Origin: a virus
Lineage: Duplodnaviria > Caudoviricetes
Strand: one strand, 5' to 3'
IMG/VR virus record: IMGVR_UViG_2932189381_000001
Span: 24,038 to 88,037 of that record
Length of the DNA stretch: 64,000 bases
Both the position numbers and the translations under genes were made by a program. A model generated the notes under the pieces. That model had not been told where the DNA came from and did no database searches. It worked only from the letters and a program-made list of their open reading frames with translations. Each line of letters begins with the position of its first letter. Position 1 is the first letter of the stretch. Shown one piece after another: positions 55,766-64,000 of the stretch.

Positions 55766-56211
55766 TGCGGTGCCGTGCGGCCCGGCGGCTGTACAAACGG
55801 CTGGGCCGCCGCGGCACGTTCCTCGCGATCCTCGGCATCGGTAAAACCTGCTGGGGCGTCAGCTTCCTCGTTGACCCGCCGCCCGAAGCCCCAGGCCTCG
55901 AACTCCTCACCGGCCTGTGCAGCCTCCGCCACTGGTCCTGGTTGTGGATCGCGTGCGGGCTCATCACCCTCGGCAGCGCGTTCCTCCGCATCGGCCGGGA
56001 CTGGTTCGGCTACCTGGCCGCTTTACTGCCCCCCACCGTGTGGGCCATCGCCTACACCGTCGCCGTCCTCACCGGCGACTACTCCCGCGGCGGCTTCGTC
56101 GCCATCTGGTACCTGACGAGTCACGTCGGGGTGATTTTGTGGGCGAGCACGGTGCCCGAGTACTCGGTCCCCTCAGCATCGCGACCGCCCTGGAGAGGTA
56201 AGGCGCCATGA
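55765..56211 (+). CDS. Lysis-cassette membrane protein (contains a TTA codon)
   Basis: About 4 TM helices; TGATG coupling. Confidence 0.72.
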   Translation: MRCRAARRLYKRLGRRGTFLAILGIGKTCWGVSFLVDPPPEAPGLELLTGLCSLRHWSWLWIACGLITLGSAFLRIGRDWFGYLAALLPPTVWAIAYTVAVLTGDYSRGGFVAIWYLTSHVGVILWASTVPEYSVPSASRPPWRGKAP

Positions 56212-56570
56212 ACGTCGCCGAGTGGGCGGGCATCATCGGAGCCGCGGGCAGTGTTCTCGGAGGCGGCGGATGGTTCGTCTCCCGCGCCACCAGGGACGCC
56301 GCCAGGGCGACCGCCGCAGCGACCGAAGCCGCCGCCCGAGCCAACGCGGCGCCGGCACAGCAGGCCGCGAACCTCGCCGTCCTCGAAGCCACCGTCCGCC
56401 GCGTCGACGAAGAGAACGGGCAGCTCAGGGGCAAGATGTCGCGGCTGGAGACGATGCTGCGCGCCTTCGCCTGGACGACCGACCGGTGGGCCCGCCAGAT
56501 GAACCGAGCCGGAATCGAGCCGGAGCCCGCACACCCACTGGTCGACGAGTACAACCGCACTGGAGTGTGA
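56208..56570 (+). CDS. 1-TM coiled-coil lysis-cassette protein
   Basis: N-terminal TM followed by a coiled coil. Confidence 0.7.
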   Translation: MNVAEWAGIIGAAGSVLGGGGWFVSRATRDAARATAAATEAAARANAAPAQQAANLAVLEATVRRVDEENGQLRGKMSRLETMLRAFAWTTDRWARQMNRAGIEPEPAHPLVDEYNRTGV

Positions 56571-56572
56571 GC

Positions 56573-57955
56573 ATGCCCTTCCCCGACGACGTTCCGACGA
56601 AGCGGGTGCACCTCACTGTTGCCAACCCGGCAGGCGGGGCAGCCGGCGTCGGCACAGTGCGCCTCTCCCCGACTGCACCCGCGGTTGTCCTCGACGGTAT
56701 CCCCGTCACCTGGACCGGCAAGGGCAGCTACAGCTTCAACGATGACGGCCAGCTCATCGACGCCGACGGCACGGTCGGGGTGGAACTCCTCGACAACAGC
56801 GCGGCAGGCAACCCCGCCGGCTGGCTGTGGCAGGCCATCATCACCATCGGCAACCAGAGCCGCGCCTTCTACTTCACCCTTGAAGGTGCCCCCGACGACG
56901 TCGACCTCGACCAACTGCAGCACCTCGACCCCGAGACCCCCGACTACGTCCCCGTACCCGGACCGCGAGGACTCCCGGGCACGGACGGATCCGACGGCGA
57001 GAAGGGGGCGTCCGCCTACGAAGTGTGGCTGGACGCCGGAAACAGCGGAACGGAGGAAGACTTCCTCGCCTCGCTCCGCGGGGAGCCCGGTACGCCCGGA
57101 GTCCCGGGAGTAGCTGGCCAGGACGGCACCCCGGGTGCCCCTGGAACGCCTGGTGAGGACGGGGTGTCCGCCTACGAGGTGGCCGTCGCGGACGGCTACA
57201 CCGGCACGGAGACGGAGTGGCTGGCCTCGCTCGTTGGCCTTCAGGGAGAGCCGGGCCAGCAAGGTGAACCTGGGCCCGAAGGACCTGAGGGGCCGCAGCC
57301 GCCGCTCGGCGCAGCAGGCGCCGGCCCCACCGTCGCCCTCCGCTCCGACGACCCGACGACCACGAACGCCCGCACCCCTACCGCGCATGCCGCCAGCCAT
57401 GCCACCGGCGGCACGGACTCGGTCACCCCGGCTGCGATCGGCGCCTACCCGGCCAGCGACGGGAACGCGCTCAACGGGTTCGTCACCGACCTGCAGACCC
57501 GGGTCGGTGGGCAGTTCGGCCTGGAGAATCGGGCTACCGCGGTGGAGAACCGGACCAGCGCAGTGGAGACGGGCAAGTTCGACAAGGTGGGCGGCTCCAT
57601 CACGGGCAGCCTCACCATCAACACGGTCGCCGCAGGTGACGCGCTGCTCGGATTGCACGTCGGCGCGGAGACATTCGATCGGGCCCGGGTCACACCCGAC
57701 CGGATCGAGTGGGGTCCAGGTGGCGTAGCACGAGACACCAACCTGCGCCGGTCCGCGGCCAACGAACTCACCACGGACGACGCGCTCATCGTCTCCCTGA
57801 TGCTGCGCCACCTCGGCACCACGTTGGGCTTCTACGGGGCGACGGCCGTCGCCAAGCCCACCGTCACCGGCTCAACCGGCGGCAACGCGGCCCTCGCCTC
57901 CCTGATCAGCGCCCTGGCCACACTCGGCCTGATCACCAACAACACCACCGCCTGA
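56573..57955 (+). CDS. Collagen-like fibre protein
   Basis: Gly-X-Y runs, 2x SAYEV...G..GTE..(F/W)LASL.G, HAASHATGG.D. Confidence 0.8.
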   Translation: MPFPDDVPTKRVHLTVANPAGGAAGVGTVRLSPTAPAVVLDGIPVTWTGKGSYSFNDDGQLIDADGTVGVELLDNSAAGNPAGWLWQAIITIGNQSRAFYFTLEGAPDDVDLDQLQHLDPETPDYVPVPGPRGLPGTDGSDGEKGASAYEVWLDAGNSGTEEDFLASLRGEPGTPGVPGVAGQDGTPGAPGTPGEDGVSAYEVAVADGYTGTETEWLASLVGLQGEPGQQGEPGPEGPEGPQPPLGAAGAGPTVALRSDDPTTTNARTPTAHAASHATGGTDSVTPAAIGAYPASDGNALNGFVTDLQTRVGGQFGLENRATAVENRTSAVETGKFDKVGGSITGSLTINTVAAGDALLGLHVGAETFDRARVTPDRIEWGPGGVARDTNLRRSAANELTTDDALIVSLMLRHLGTTLGFYGATAVAKPTVTGSTGGNAALASLISALATLGLITNNTTA

Positions 57956-57966
57956 CAGGAACCACC

Positions 57967-58143
57967 ATGCCGGAAGCCCCTGAACGCCCGCCCCGGCGCG
58001 ACGACACCGCCGCCGACGTCGGCAGCCTCGTCCGCCTCGGCCACGAAGAACCACCGCCCATCCCCGCGCCGGCCACCCAGCCGTTCCAGGAACCGGACTA
58101 CCCCGGACTGCCTCACGGGTGGACGCCCGACGACGCCGCGTGA
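57967..58143 (+). CDS. Small hypothetical protein
   Basis: AGGA RBS. Confidence 0.45.
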   Translation: MPEAPERPPRRDDTAADVGSLVRLGHEEPPPIPAPATQPFQEPDYPGLPHGWTPDDAA

Positions 58144-58150
58144 ACGACAA

Positions 58151-58190
58151 CGCCCCGCACCACCGCTTCGGCGGCGGTGCGGGGCGCCTT
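58151..58190. terminator. Terminator between convergent genes
   Basis: CGCCCCGCACCACCGC-TTCG-GCGGCGGTGCGGGGCG. Confidence 0.75.
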
Positions 58191-58197
58191 GCTGTGC

Positions 58198-58836
58198 TCA
58201 GCCTGCGATCTCGCCCGTGAACTCCGGGGCCTCGAGGCCGAAGTCGTCGCTCATCCGCTGCACCGTCACCACGACCTTCCGGCCGTACCGGGTCTCGAGG
58301 ACGTTGTCGTCGTTCTTCGTCACCGTCACACCCGGAGCGAGCCGGCCCTCGAGCGGCTGTGAACCCTTCTCGAAGGTAGTGAAGGAGGCTTCCCCGCCGT
58401 TCGTCGCCCCCTCGATGATCGTCGACAGGTCCCCGAGATCCACCGGAGCCTTACCTGTGTTCTCCAGCTTCAGGCTCACCCGGAAGTCCGTCTTGCCGGG
58501 CTCCGCCGACTCCAGCAGTCCCGGGTCGTAGTCGGTGAACACCTTCGCGTCGACGACCGTCACCTTCAGCCCGTCCGGCCACTCGTAGGACTCCCCGAAC
58601 TCCAGGCCCGTCGCCTGCCCCTCGGTCCCGTCCCCGCCCGTACCGGCCTCGTCGGCGCAGTGCTCCATCCAGTCGGCCTGGTCCAGCGACTCGTCCGTAC
58701 AGTCGACGGACTTCTCCTTGCCAGCCGAGGCTCTCGGCTTCGGCTTGCTGCTGGAGCTATCGCCGTCCCCCCCGCCGCATGCGGTGAGTACGGCCAGGAG
58801 CAGCGCGGCCGTAGCCGCGGTAGCGCGTGCGCGCAT
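58198..58836 (-). CDS. Lipoprotein (DUF4352-like Ig fold)
   Basis: Signal peptide with lipobox LTAC; FGE...DGLKVTV...V...LENTG...L.G.LAPG. Confidence 0.78.
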   Translation of the reverse strand: MRARATAATAALLLAVLTACGGGDGDSSSSKPKPRASAGKEKSVDCTDESLDQADWMEHCADEAGTGGDGTEGQATGLEFGESYEWPDGLKVTVVDAKVFTDYDPGLLESAEPGKTDFRVSLKLENTGKAPVDLGDLSTIIEGATNGGEASFTTFEKGSQPLEGRLAPGVTVTKNDDNVLETRYGRKVVVTVQRMSDDFGLEAPEFTGEIAG

Positions 58837-58990
58837 GAGTCCCCCCGAAGTTGAATGTCGGAACACGGTAGGGCGCCTGCGGGGGAGACGGGCCGCTGTC
58901 ACCGAGCCGTGACAGACAGGCGTTCGTATCGCTGCCGCGGCAAGGGCAGTTGGCCGTGCCGACTCTCGATAACATGCGATATCGCGGGCG

Positions 58991-59224
58991 TTATTTGGGG
59001 TGATTGTCCGACTCGATGGATGGGGCCGCTGGCCTCTTGGGCAGCTCCGCTCCCGGTCGTCTGGCGTACCACTCCCACAGTTGCCGCGTGATGCGGCTGC
59101 GGTCGCTGCGTGCGGCGTGTGCTGCGGCGTCGAAGTCGTTGACCAGGTCGTCGGGGATGCCGCGCAGGACGCGCTGCTTGTGGCGGTGACGGTGCTGCCG
59201 TCGGCGTTCCTCTTCGCTGGCCAT
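58991..59224 (-). CDS. Ribbon-helix-helix regulator
   Basis: RVLRGIPDDLVNDFDAAA....DRSRITRQLWEWY; leaderless from TTGACC-N17-CATAAT. Confidence 0.72.
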   Translation of the reverse strand: MASEEERRRQHRHRHKQRVLRGIPDDLVNDFDAAAHAARSDRSRITRQLWEWYARRPGAELPKRPAAPSIESDNHPK

Positions 59225-59231
59225 GGTGTGG

Positions 59232-59290
59232 ATTATGTCAGGTGGCTTGCCACCGGTCAAAGGGATGTGCAATAGTGGTGGCAAGCCACC
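59232..59290. promoter_or_regulatory. Divergent promoters with two palindromic operators
   Basis: GGTGGCTTGCCACC (59241-59254) and GGTGGCAAGCCACC (59277-59290); plus strand TTGCCA-N18-AATAGT; minus strand TTGACC-N17-CATAAT. Confidence 0.75.
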
Positions 59291-59304
59291 AACCTGGAGG
59301 GAAC

Positions 59305-59589
59305 ATGGAAAGCTCAACAGTTTGGCCTGACGGTGTCATCGCCCGCTACCTCACCGTCGGCGGCGCCACCGTCGACCTCACCTACAACGACGACACTGCC
59401 GACATCCGGGCAGAGTGTGGCGGCGAGCTGTGCCACTGGAGCGACCACACCAACACCGAAGGCCGCTACGACGACACCCCGGAGAAGGAGAAAGAGCGCT
59501 TCAACGAGTGGCTGCCCATCGCGAAGCGCCACGCCCAAGAGCACGCGGAGAAGTGCCGTGCCCTGCCCCGCCCGGCGGTGACCGCATGA
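59305..59589 (+). CDS. WPxGVIARYLTVGG family protein
   Basis: GGAGG RBS; paralogous to 8091 and 59586. Confidence 0.75.
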   Translation: MESSTVWPDGVIARYLTVGGATVDLTYNDDTADIRAECGGELCHWSDHTNTEGRYDDTPEKEKERFNEWLPIAKRHAQEHAEKCRALPRPAVTA

Positions 59590-59668
59590 GTGAGCAGAAG
59601 ACCACCTCCTGGCCTGACGGTGTCATCGCCCGCTACCTCACCGTCGGCGGCGCCACCGTCGACCTCAC
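59323..59668 (+). repeat. Identical 59-bp direct repeat (59323-59381, 59610-59668)
   Basis: tggcctgacggtgtcatcgcccgctacctcaccgtcggcggcgccaccgtcgacctcac occurs twice; a diverged copy starts at 8127. Confidence 0.9.
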
Positions 59669-59906
59669 GCACGGGAACCGCACCTACTCCACACCGGACG
59701 GGATCGGCGAGAACCGCAACCACACCACCGTCACCTGCACCGACTGCCAGGCGACCAACGAGTTCAGCCACTGGCGAGTCGTCAAGCGCATAACCTTCAA
59801 CGATAAGGTGCGAGACCCGGAAGCGGCCGACCGTGACGCCCGCGAATGGGCACAGCTGCACGCGGAGGCCTGTCGTGCCATGCCGAATCTGTCGATGAGC
59901 GTGTGA
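59586..59906 (+). CDS. WPxGVIARYLTVGG family protein
   Basis: ATGA overlap; paralogous to 8091 and 59305. Confidence 0.75.
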   Translation: MSEQKTTSWPDGVIARYLTVGGATVDLTHGNRTYSTPDGIGENRNHTTVTCTDCQATNEFSHWRVVKRITFNDKVRDPEAADRDAREWAQLHAEACRAMPNLSMSV

Positions 59907-60172
59907 CCGCCTACGAAGTCACGGAAGGCCAAGGCGTGAGCGTAGAGATCGAACTCTTCGGCGGACCGGCGCACGGCATGCGGGTGGTCATCGAGGGCGA
60001 CCCGATGAACCCACCGCACACCTACGAGCTGCTGCATCCGCCGACGTGGCGAGAGCTTGAGCACGCCGACCCGAACGCGCCGGTTCAGCCGCGACGGCTG
60101 CTCTACCGGCGAGAGGTGAACAGCCTCGACGAGGGGCCCGGCTGGGTCTACCGCTACGAGGAGACGCCGTGA
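59903..60172 (+). CDS. Hypothetical protein (GGP.HG motif)
   Basis: Coupled to both neighbours. Confidence 0.6.
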   Translation: MTAYEVTEGQGVSVEIELFGGPAHGMRVVIEGDPMNPPHTYELLHPPTWRELEHADPNAPVQPRRLLYRREVNSLDEGPGWVYRYEETP

Positions 60173-61188
60173 CCGACCTCATCCCGCGCCAGCCGGACGC
60201 CACCCCCGCCGCCTACGACGCTGCGACGCTCGCCGTCCTCCACGCCATGGAAGAGGCAGCCGAGAAGCACCTCGACGCCATCCGCCCCCACAACACCAAA
60301 CGCGGCTACGCCAACGACTGGAAGCTGTGGGAGGAGTTCCACGACTGGCTGGGGGAGCGCACCGGCAGCCGCCTGCCGTCCACCGCCGTCACCAAGGGCA
60401 CGCTTGTCGGGTTCGTTGTCTGGCTCGACACCATCAAGCTCGCCGCGCCCAGCTCGATCGACCGCAGGATCACCGGGGTCACCGTCACCGCCCGGAACGA
60501 ACACGGGGTAGAGGTGCCGAAGGCTGCCACCGTCGCCGCGCGGCAGGCCCTCAAGCCGCTGAAGAACGACCCCGAACGGCAAGCCCGCGGACGCGGCAAA
60601 GCCGTCGCCGTCACCCCCGAACAACTACGGCAGATGAACGCCGCCGTCGCCGACGGACTCACCGGACTCCGCGACCGCGCCCTCTGGCTCATGGCCTTCG
60701 CCGTAGCAGGACGCTCCGCCGAAGTCGCCGCCCTCCGCGCCGACACCATCGTCCACGTCAGCCAAGGACTCGAAGTCCACGTCCCCGCAGTAAAGGGGAG
60801 GCCGCCCCGGGACGTCGTCGTCAGCTACGGCCGCAATCCCGACACCTGCCCCGTCCGCGCCTGGCTCACCTGGCGCGCCGCCGCAGGCATCAGCTCGGGC
60901 CCCGCCTTCCTGCCCATCACCGTCCACGGCCGCCTCGGCGACCGTGCCCTCTCCCCGGAAGCCGTCCGCGAGATCATCGCCCGCAACGCCGAACGCGCCG
61001 GCCTGTCGGTACGGCTCACCGGACACAGCATGCGAGCCGGATTCATCACCACCTCTCGACGCGCAGGCAAGCGAGAGGAGAAGATCCGCGAACAGTCCGG
61101 CCACGCCGAAAACAGCCCCGCCTTCTGGGGCTACATCCGCGAAGCCGACAAATGGACCGACGCCGCATCGGAGGACATCGGACTATGA
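60169..61188 (+). CDS. Cre-like tyrosine recombinase/resolvase
   Basis: NTKRGY..DW..W; RDRAL.L......R..EV, K, CPVRA, GHSMRAGF, GH, Y; no arm-binding domain. Confidence 0.9.
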   Translation: MTDLIPRQPDATPAAYDAATLAVLHAMEEAAEKHLDAIRPHNTKRGYANDWKLWEEFHDWLGERTGSRLPSTAVTKGTLVGFVVWLDTIKLAAPSSIDRRITGVTVTARNEHGVEVPKAATVAARQALKPLKNDPERQARGRGKAVAVTPEQLRQMNAAVADGLTGLRDRALWLMAFAVAGRSAEVAALRADTIVHVSQGLEVHVPAVKGRPPRDVVVSYGRNPDTCPVRAWLTWRAAAGISSGPAFLPITVHGRLGDRALSPEAVREIIARNAERAGLSVRLTGHSMRAGFITTSRRAGKREEKIREQSGHAENSPAFWGYIREADKWTDAASEDIGL

Positions 61189-61355
61189 CGACGCCGTTCA
61201 AGGAGTTCCTGAAGTACACGAAGCCCGGCCCGGCCCGCCCGTGCTCCGACTGCGGGACCTACTCGCTGCGCCTGTACACCGAGCTCGGCGGCGAGGAGGA
61301 GGCCGTCTGCACGAACGTCCGGTGCTCCGGTTCGCCGCTCTACCGCCCCGAGTAG
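61185..61355 (+). CDS. Small Zn-ribbon protein
   Basis: CxxC...CxxxxC; ATGA overlap. Confidence 0.55.
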   Translation: MTTPFKEFLKYTKPGPARPCSDCGTYSLRLYTELGGEEEAVCTNVRCSGSPLYRPE

Positions 61356-61785
61356 CCGCCCCCATGCCACACTGCCGATAGGCCCCGTCAGGCCCCCCGT
61401 CCTGGCGGGGCTTCTGGCATCCTGGCTGCGGGGTGGCATGTTCCACGACGTGCGCTACCCCGCCTGTCGCGCCCGCTGGGTGCCCAGTGGCGATGGTCTG
61501 ACGCGATCGCCGAACCCCGAGCGCCCGGCCGGCTGGTCGGGCGCTCGCGCGTTCACCCCCGCGGTTCGGGGAGCTGGAACTATTTCCGGCCGTGATCTAT
61601 CGCTGTGGCTGGTTCGTGGTGCAGGGTGATGCGCGAGGGATCAGCGCTCCCGAGCGATGACTCCCCCCTTCGGGTCCTGCTGTTCGCTGCGAGCGGCAGG
61701 GCCCGCCGCTCCTCCCGGCTCCCCACGGGAGGCTCTGCGGCTGCCCGCCGCTGGGTGCCATCGGGCCGGCTGCCATGCTGGCGCC

Positions 61786-61983
61786 ATGCACCCCGACCGC
61801 TTCCACCTCACCCTCACCTCCGAGGGCCGACCCGTGGCGCACGGCTGGTGGGGGAGCGAGGCGATCGCGCGCGGGATGCTGCCCATCTGGATCGGGAAGT
61901 GGGGCGAGCTGCCGGACGCGCGGGTCACCCTCACCGACGAGGAAACCGGCACCGTGTTGACGACCTGGCCCGAGGAGGCGTGA
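61786..61983 (+). CDS. Small hypothetical protein (GRPV.HGWW family)
   Basis: Leaderless after CATGCT; clean frame. Confidence 0.6.
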   Translation: MHPDRFHLTLTSEGRPVAHGWWGSEAIARGMLPIWIGKWGELPDARVTLTDEETGTVLTTWPEEA

Positions 61984-62019
61984 GCCTCTGCGATCCTGGC
62001 GGGGAGCAGAGGAGACGCC

Positions 62020-62283
62020 ATGGCCTACCGCCCGTACCCGAACGCTGACCGCGCACTGCGGATGGTCGACCGTCACAGGTTCGAGGAGTCGCCCGCGCCT
62101 GTTGAGCAGGCTCCGATGGCGACCCCGTTCACCATCCATCTCACGGAGGCTGCGCAGGCGGCGGCGCAGGCGCTCGGAGCATCGGTGTCTGAGGCGCTTG
62201 CGAAGATGCGACAGCCGCAGCAGCTCGCTGGCGACTACGTGCTGTCGACTCGCCGCCCCGGCGTTGTCGGCGGGCCCTCGTAG
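62020..62283 (+). CDS. Hypothetical protein
   Basis: GAGGAG RBS. Confidence 0.55.
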   Translation: MAYRPYPNADRALRMVDRHRFEESPAPVEQAPMATPFTIHLTEAAQAAAQALGASVSEALAKMRQPQQLAGDYVLSTRRPGVVGGPS

Positions 62284-62385
62284 ACTGGTCACATCCGTTG
62301 CAGGCACTAGCCAAGCGCGGGTTTGTTGTGGCTGAGGCCCCGTCCGTACAGCGCCGGACGGGGCCGCACACTTCCGGAGGGTGCC

Positions 62386-62574
62386 GTGATCCGTCGCCTG
62401 CTTCGCCGCTTGTTCCGTCGTGGCTATGCCCAGGGCGGCGAGATCCCCGCCTGCCGTCCGGTTACCGATGAGCGGCTGATACTCATGAGTCCTGGCCGCC
62501 GGATCGATGACCCGGACGAGGCGGAGGCGCTGGGGATGACTGCCTACGCGCGCAGATTGCGCCGCCACCGTTGA
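62386..62574 (+). CDS. Hypothetical protein
   Basis: GGAGG RBS. Confidence 0.45.
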   Translation: MIRRLLRRLFRRGYAQGGEIPACRPVTDERLILMSPGRRIDDPDEAEALGMTAYARRLRRHR

Positions 62575-62613
62575 ACTGAAGCCGCCCCGTCTGCCATGCA
62601 GACGGGGCGTTGC

Positions 62614-62805
62614 TCATCCGAAGCCGGGGCCCCTGTCGCACAGCTGGTTGGTGCACTCGCGGCTGACTACGACTATCGGGCCGGGGCTGTCGGTGGCGTC
62701 GGCGATGGCCCAGCGTGGCATCTCGGTTCCGGTGCGGCATTCCGGGCAGGGGCGCGGCTTGAGCCTGCGGGCTTCGGAGCGGCGCCACTCTCTCTTCTCT
62801 GTCAT
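62614..62805 (-). CDS. Small Cys-containing protein
   Basis: CxxC...CxxxxC. Confidence 0.45.
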   Translation of the reverse strand: MTEKREWRRSEARRLKPRPCPECRTGTEMPRWAIADATDSPGPIVVVSRECTNQLCDRGPGFG

Positions 62806-62892
62806 GCCGTTGACGGTGGCACAGGTTCGGGGTCTTGTCTGAGACGCATCCCCCCGCCGCAGGTCAGGCCACTTCCCGGCGCCGGGAAGTGG

Positions 62893-63105
62893 TCAGTCCT
62901 CCGTAGCCTCCGGCTCCGGGTGCCGCACGGTCCGCTTCAACGCCATCTCGACCTCGTACCGGCTGTGTCCGTGCTCGGTGGCGTAGGCGACGACTCCGTC
63001 GTGTACGGCGGTGGCTTGGGCGACGGTGAGCCGTCCGGCTTGGATGGCTTCCCATGAGGCGCGTCCGGCGGCCAGCAGGTCGGTGGGGAAGTCGAAGGTG
63101 GTCAC
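62893..63105 (-). CDS. Hypothetical protein (FP.DL.A family)
   Basis: TAGACT -10 before the GTG; clean frame. Confidence 0.6.
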   Translation of the reverse strand: MTTFDFPTDLLAAGRASWEAIQAGRLTVAQATAVHDGVVAYATEHGHSRYEVEMALKRTVRHPEPEATED

Positions 63106-63114
63106 GAGCGGAGT

Positions 63115-63300
63115 CTATGCGGGGCCGTCGGCTGCCTCGCGCTCCCGCCGCTTCTTCTTGATCCAGTCGTGCATGGCCTCTATGAGCGCGTCGGATGGCG
63201 TGCGCTCCTCTGCTGCGGCGAGTTGCTCGAACTCGTCGCGTAGCGGCTTGGGTGGCCGGAAGCCCATGACTTTGGTCTGGCCGGTGGCGGGTCGTCCCAT
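63115..63300 (-). CDS. Ribbon-helix-helix regulator
   Basis: GRPATGQTKVMGFRPPKPLRDEFEQLA....RTPSDALIEAM..W. Confidence 0.8.
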   Translation of the reverse strand: MGRPATGQTKVMGFRPPKPLRDEFEQLAAAEERTPSDALIEAMHDWIKKKRREREAADGPA

Positions 63301-63317
63301 CGCTCCCCCTCGGTAAG

Positions 63318-63395
63318 TGTTTAACAGAATCTAGCATCCATCTGGCGTGATGAGTTGACAAGGGGTACGGTGCGCGTCATTCTTGTTAAACAGAA
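63318..63395. promoter_or_regulatory. Divergent promoters with paired operators
   Basis: TGTTTAACAGAA (63318) and TGTTAAACAGAA (63384); plus strand TTGACA-N17-CATTCT; minus strand TAGATT. Confidence 0.7.
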
Positions 63396-63425
63396 ACCGG
63401 GAGCGACCAGGGAGTAACAGTGATC

Positions 63426-63752
63426 ATGGCAACCGAGAACAAGGCCCAGCGGACCCCCTACGACGCCAACCACGTCGCCATCGTCGACGAAGGCCACACG
63501 ATCACGGCTCTCTACATTCCTGACCCCGAGCTGGCCAAGGACCCCCGCAGGATCGTGAAGGACATCGCCAACCGGCAGTACGCAAACGTCGAGCTGGTTG
63601 CGACCGCCCGCCGCTTCTACAAGAAGGACGGCGCCAGCTTCTCCGGCTGGATCGTGGACAGCGGCCCGTTCGACTACTCGGACCCCATCGCCAACAAGCG
63701 AGAGGCCATCGCGTCACTGCGCCACCACATCCGCGAGTACTTCCAGCGCTGA
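63426..63752 (+). CDS. Hypothetical protein
   Basis: GGGAG RBS; downstream of the promoter. Confidence 0.65.
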   Translation: MATENKAQRTPYDANHVAIVDEGHTITALYIPDPELAKDPRRIVKDIANRQYANVELVATARRFYKKDGASFSGWIVDSGPFDYSDPIANKREAIASLRHHIREYFQR

Positions 63753-63790
63753 CACCCCAACAGGCCACACCAGACGAAGGAGTAGCGGAC

Positions 63791-64000
63791 ATGGCCACCG
63801 AGTACGGCGTGTTCAACGACGAAGGCTGCATCTACGTTGCCGACACCCTGGAAGCGGCAGAGGCGCAGGCGGCCGAGTACAAGGCCGAGGACGACGGCTA
63901 CTGGGCCGACCTGATCAGCGTGCACGAGATGTGCCCCGACCACCGCGACGAGGAGCAGCCGAAGCACGGCTGCGAGGAGTGCGCCACCGAAGATGAGTGA
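63791..64000 (+). CDS. Small acidic Cys/His protein
   Basis: AAGGAG RBS. Confidence 0.6.
   Translation: MATEYGVFNDEGCIYVADTLEAAEAQAAEYKAEDDGYWADLISVHEMCPDHRDEEQPKHGCEECATEDE

Larger units (their letters stand above)
1..64000. mobile_element. Temperate Streptomyces-type siphophage carrying a TraB conjugation module (phage-plasmid or conjugative prophage); ends lie outside the window
   Basis: Complete head-tail-lysis gene order at 33.7-58 kb, plus GntR/TraB/clt, a replication initiator and a Cre-like recombinase. No host core genes recognised. Confidence 0.85.

Noticed and set aside
59323-59668. Diversity-generating retroelement TR/VR pair
   Set aside because: The copies are identical, with no adenine-specific mismatches, and no reverse transcriptase was recognised in the window.
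60169-61188. Phage integrase with an adjacent attL/attR boundary
   Set aside because: Cre-like architecture; phage-type genes continue on both sides and no tRNA or host junction is visible.
61981-62009. GGCGGGGAGCAG resembling a CRISPR repeat end
   Set aside because: The complementary CCCCGC arm is missing, so no hairpin forms; it adjoins an RBS.

Overview
This is a very GC-rich, Streptomyces-like 64 kb window that appears to lie entirely inside one mobile element; no host housekeeping genes were recognised. It combines a temperate siphophage with a Streptomyces conjugation module, so it is probably a phage-plasmid or conjugative prophage. From left to right: small early genes; a repressor-controlled leftward cassette; a cas-less type I-E-like CRISPR mini-array (4 divergent 29-nt repeats, spacers 32/20/20 nt, own terminator); an HTH replication initiator with internal iteron-like repeats; a GIY-YIG-GntR fusion; a KorA/KorSA-like GntR regulator with three operator boxes, followed by Xis-like, Spd-like and TraB (FtsK/SpoIIIE) genes and a clt-like repeat locus; many small accessory genes; a putative late regulator with a promoter-terminator pair; a displaced fibre/NlpC-P60/methyltransferase block; a small-gene array with a repeated junction motif; HNH genes and a candidate cos region; a prim-pol gene; terminase, portal and capsid genes (GT4 glycosyltransferase right after the capsid gene); tail genes with a GGGAAAG -1 frameshift; a lysis cassette; and a Cre-like tyrosine recombinase among RHH-controlled cassettes. 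The most striking feature is the mini-array. Its two 20-nt spacers are exactly two Cas7 steps shorter than the canonical 32 nt, which suggests the element hijacks or inhibits the host Cascade. All assignments come from reading motifs by eye; no database searches were run.
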